Shown here: in pieces, positions 31,231 to 32,906 of the stretch | How positions within the stretch are numbered: position 1 is the first letter of the stretch | Layout of the letters: every line of letters starts with the position of its first letter | Assembly: GCF_000743755.1 (NCBI RefSeq) | Contig: NW_014569446.1 | Location: 1-32,906 of the forward strand | Length of the DNA: 32,906 bases | From: Blastocystis sp. subtype 4 | Lineage: Eukaryota | Direction of reading: 5' to 3' | Translations under genes and position numbers: made by a program | Notes under the pieces: model-generated | What the model was told of the DNA's origin: nothing | What the model saw: the letters and a program-made list of their open reading frames with translations, nothing else | Database searches by the model: none

Positions 31231-32736
31231 ATGACACGGAGAAGGAAATCTTTCTCTTTACTCAATACGTGTGTAATGGTGTGTGTATTTCTCTTAGCAG
31301 TGTCATTAGTGCTGTTCAATGCCAGGATGGTTTTGGGAGAACCAAGAGTAATTAATCGAAGGAAGGTCCAATCGTTTGAGTACGAATTGAATATGGATTC
31401 GTCTGTGGAACAACATACTATTCCTCCTAAACAAACTATCTCTATTCCGCCAAAACAAACTGTTTCTATTCCTGCTCAACCAACTGTTTCTATTCCAAAG
31501 AGAACGGATCCTCCTGTACAGAGTGAACCCATTGTTCCTACTTCAATTCCTATAGTTCAGGATACTGCTCCTCGTCTTCTGAAACATGTAGATTATAAGT
31601 ATCCTCCATTTGTTATTCCACCTCCAATTCGTATCCCATCCATGAAGGGTCGTGAATTGAAAGATGTATCAGAATACTACAAGACGTTATTAAGAGCCTC
31701 GGTCGGATGTACAGAAGATATTTGTGTGAATCCCGTGAAATATCTGAATCAGTTTGGAGATTGGAGTTGTTCTCGTACTCCCAATGTGTGTGACAAGTCT
31801 TCCATTCTTGTGATGGCTGAGAAGAAGTATCTTGTTGGACGTTTGGATGTGATCGAGAATGGGTTTATTAGTCGCTCTCTTGATTGTGGTTGGCCAGCCG
31901 ATCACTCTAAGTCTCTGGTAAAACCATTTGGATGGAACGGACCTTTGGTTAATGCGACCGTAGTCTATCTAACAGTACCTGAAGGACTGAGTTTTCAGCA
32001 TTTCCTTGATGGCGTGGTTCCGAAGTTAGTACAGTTACAAGAGATCATTCAAACAGAGAAGGATGCCATCTACGTGATGGACCGTAGCATTGTTGACAAA
32101 ATGCCAAAGAAACTCTTGATGCGATTGGGTATCCAACAATCCCAGTTGAAATCGATTCGGGATGTACCTTGGACGGGTAATATTATGCACGTAAAGAAGC
32201 TGATACTTGCTTGTCAGGTACCTCCTTTGCATCCCCAGTTATGGCGACAAGCACAAGAAATGTTCCGTCTTCCTTGGTTGAATCCTGGCTGGAAACAAAC
32301 CAAACACATTGTTCTGTATCTATCAAGAAATCAAGGTACACGGAATTCAGGTCGTCAAGTTGTGAACGAGTCAATACTACTCTCTACAATTCGACCGATC
32401 GTTGAAGAGAAGAATTATGAGCTTGTTGTCTTCAATAGTAAGGAATATGATAATCTTGATGGTCTCTTTAGTTTCTTGGCCAATGTAGATGTGATTATGG
32501 GGCCTCATGGAGGAGCCTTTTACAATATGCTTTTCATGCGAAGAGGGACCACGGTGATCGAGTTTACTCCTAGCACACCATCTTTTCACTCGCTCCGTTA
32601 TGCTGTACACATGATTGTCTATCTACAGGCGGCATTACTTGGGAATAAATACTACAATGTGATGACGAATCCTATCAGTGACAACATGAATGTGGATGTT
32701 GATGAAGTTGTATCAATATTGCAATCATGTCTGTAA
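31231..32736 (+). CDS. Type II membrane glycosyltransferase, family 61 (DUF563), intronless
   Basis: N-terminal TM anchor, Pro/Thr stem, FQHFLDG..PKL, YLSR...R.V.NE and VIMGPHGGAFYNMLF...GT.VIEF. Confidence 0.8.
   Translation: MTRRRKSFSLLNTCVMVCVFLLAVSLVLFNARMVLGEPRVINRRKVQSFEYELNMDSSVEQHTIPPKQTISIPPKQTVSIPAQPTVSIPKRTDPPVQSEPIVPTSIPIVQDTAPRLLKHVDYKYPPFVIPPPIRIPSMKGRELKDVSEYYKTLLRASVGCTEDICVNPVKYLNQFGDWSCSRTPNVCDKSSILVMAEKKYLVGRLDVIENGFISRSLDCGWPADHSKSLVKPFGWNGPLVNATVVYLTVPEGLSFQHFLDGVVPKLVQLQEIIQTEKDAIYVMDRSIVDKMPKKLLMRLGIQQSQLKSIRDVPWTGNIMHVKKLILACQVPPLHPQLWRQAQEMFRLPWLNPGWKQTKHIVLYLSRNQGTRNSGRQVVNESILLSTIRPIVEEKNYELVVFNSKEYDNLDGLFSFLANVDVIMGPHGGAFYNMLFMRRGTTVIEFTPSTPSFHSLRYAVHMIVYLQAALLGNKYYNVMTNPISDNMNVDVDEVVSILQSCL
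31417..31500 (+). repeat. 24-nt coding tandem repeat (about 3.5 copies; SIPPKQTV)
   Basis: actattcctcctaaacaaactatc / tctattccgccaaaacaaactgtt / tctattcctgctcaaccaactgtt / tctattccaaag. Confidence 0.8.
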
Positions 32737-32906
32737 ATTGGTTGTTCTGTTTGTTGCAGGAATGATACAGTAGAATGATGAATCATCCGGATTTGATGTA
32801 TAGTTAAAGAGAGAGAAGTCTGTATAGACTATACCTCAAATCCGCTGGAACGTTGATCTAATCTTGACATTATTCTTTTCAATACCTATCTATCTTAAAT
32901 GGCTGA

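Noticed and set aside
1..32906. Apparent frameshifts and fragmented ORFs suggesting pseudogenes or a non-standard genetic code
   Set aside because: Nearly all breaks resolve with ~30-nt GT-AG or 40-41-nt AT-AC introns under the standard code.
32740..32906. Possible start of another gene at the right edge
   Set aside because: An intron-like 30-mer is present (GTATAG...GTATAG), but no consistent ATG-initiated frame could be built.
1..32906. tRNA, rRNA, snRNA genes and transposons
   Set aside because: None recognisable by eye, and intergenic gaps are mostly too short. A covariance-model scan would be needed to exclude small RNAs.

Overview
Eukaryotic nuclear DNA from an extremely compact, intron-rich genome: about 25 genes in 33 kb, intergenic gaps often under 100 nt, and most introns 28-35 nt GT-AG. 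A TGTTTGTT-type motif sits at gene 3' ends. Together these point strongly to the gut stramenopile Blastocystis (inference from genome architecture). Genes from left to right: a partial unknown gene, SDHAF3/ACN9, a RAD54B-like SNF2 ATPase, RanGAP, an Aha1-N protein, RPL23, a large Pro-rich unknown, the ubiquitin-like/RPS30 fusion, a Cys-less ERp18/AGR thioredoxin-fold protein, ICMT, a Frag1/DRAM-like protein, a CCDC137-like protein, two unknowns, a MORN+LRR protein, an AGC kinase, Nup98-Nup96, a Ubl+repeat protein, an SLC35A transporter, RPA2, a Cys-rich unknown, an RBM41-like RRM protein, TBCB, Mpv17/PMP22 and a GT61 glycosyltransferase. Three signals stand out. (1) Three 40-41 nt AT-AC minor-spliceosome (U12) introns share an identical, very short branch-site-to-3'SS geometry, and each restores the reading frame. 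(2) The same window carries an RBM41/U11-U12-65K-family gene with U12-like signals inside its own introns. (3) Several stop codons appear to be created by polyadenylation at the -5 position from TGTTTGTT. Gene models were spliced by hand; ends flagged as uncertain are approximate.
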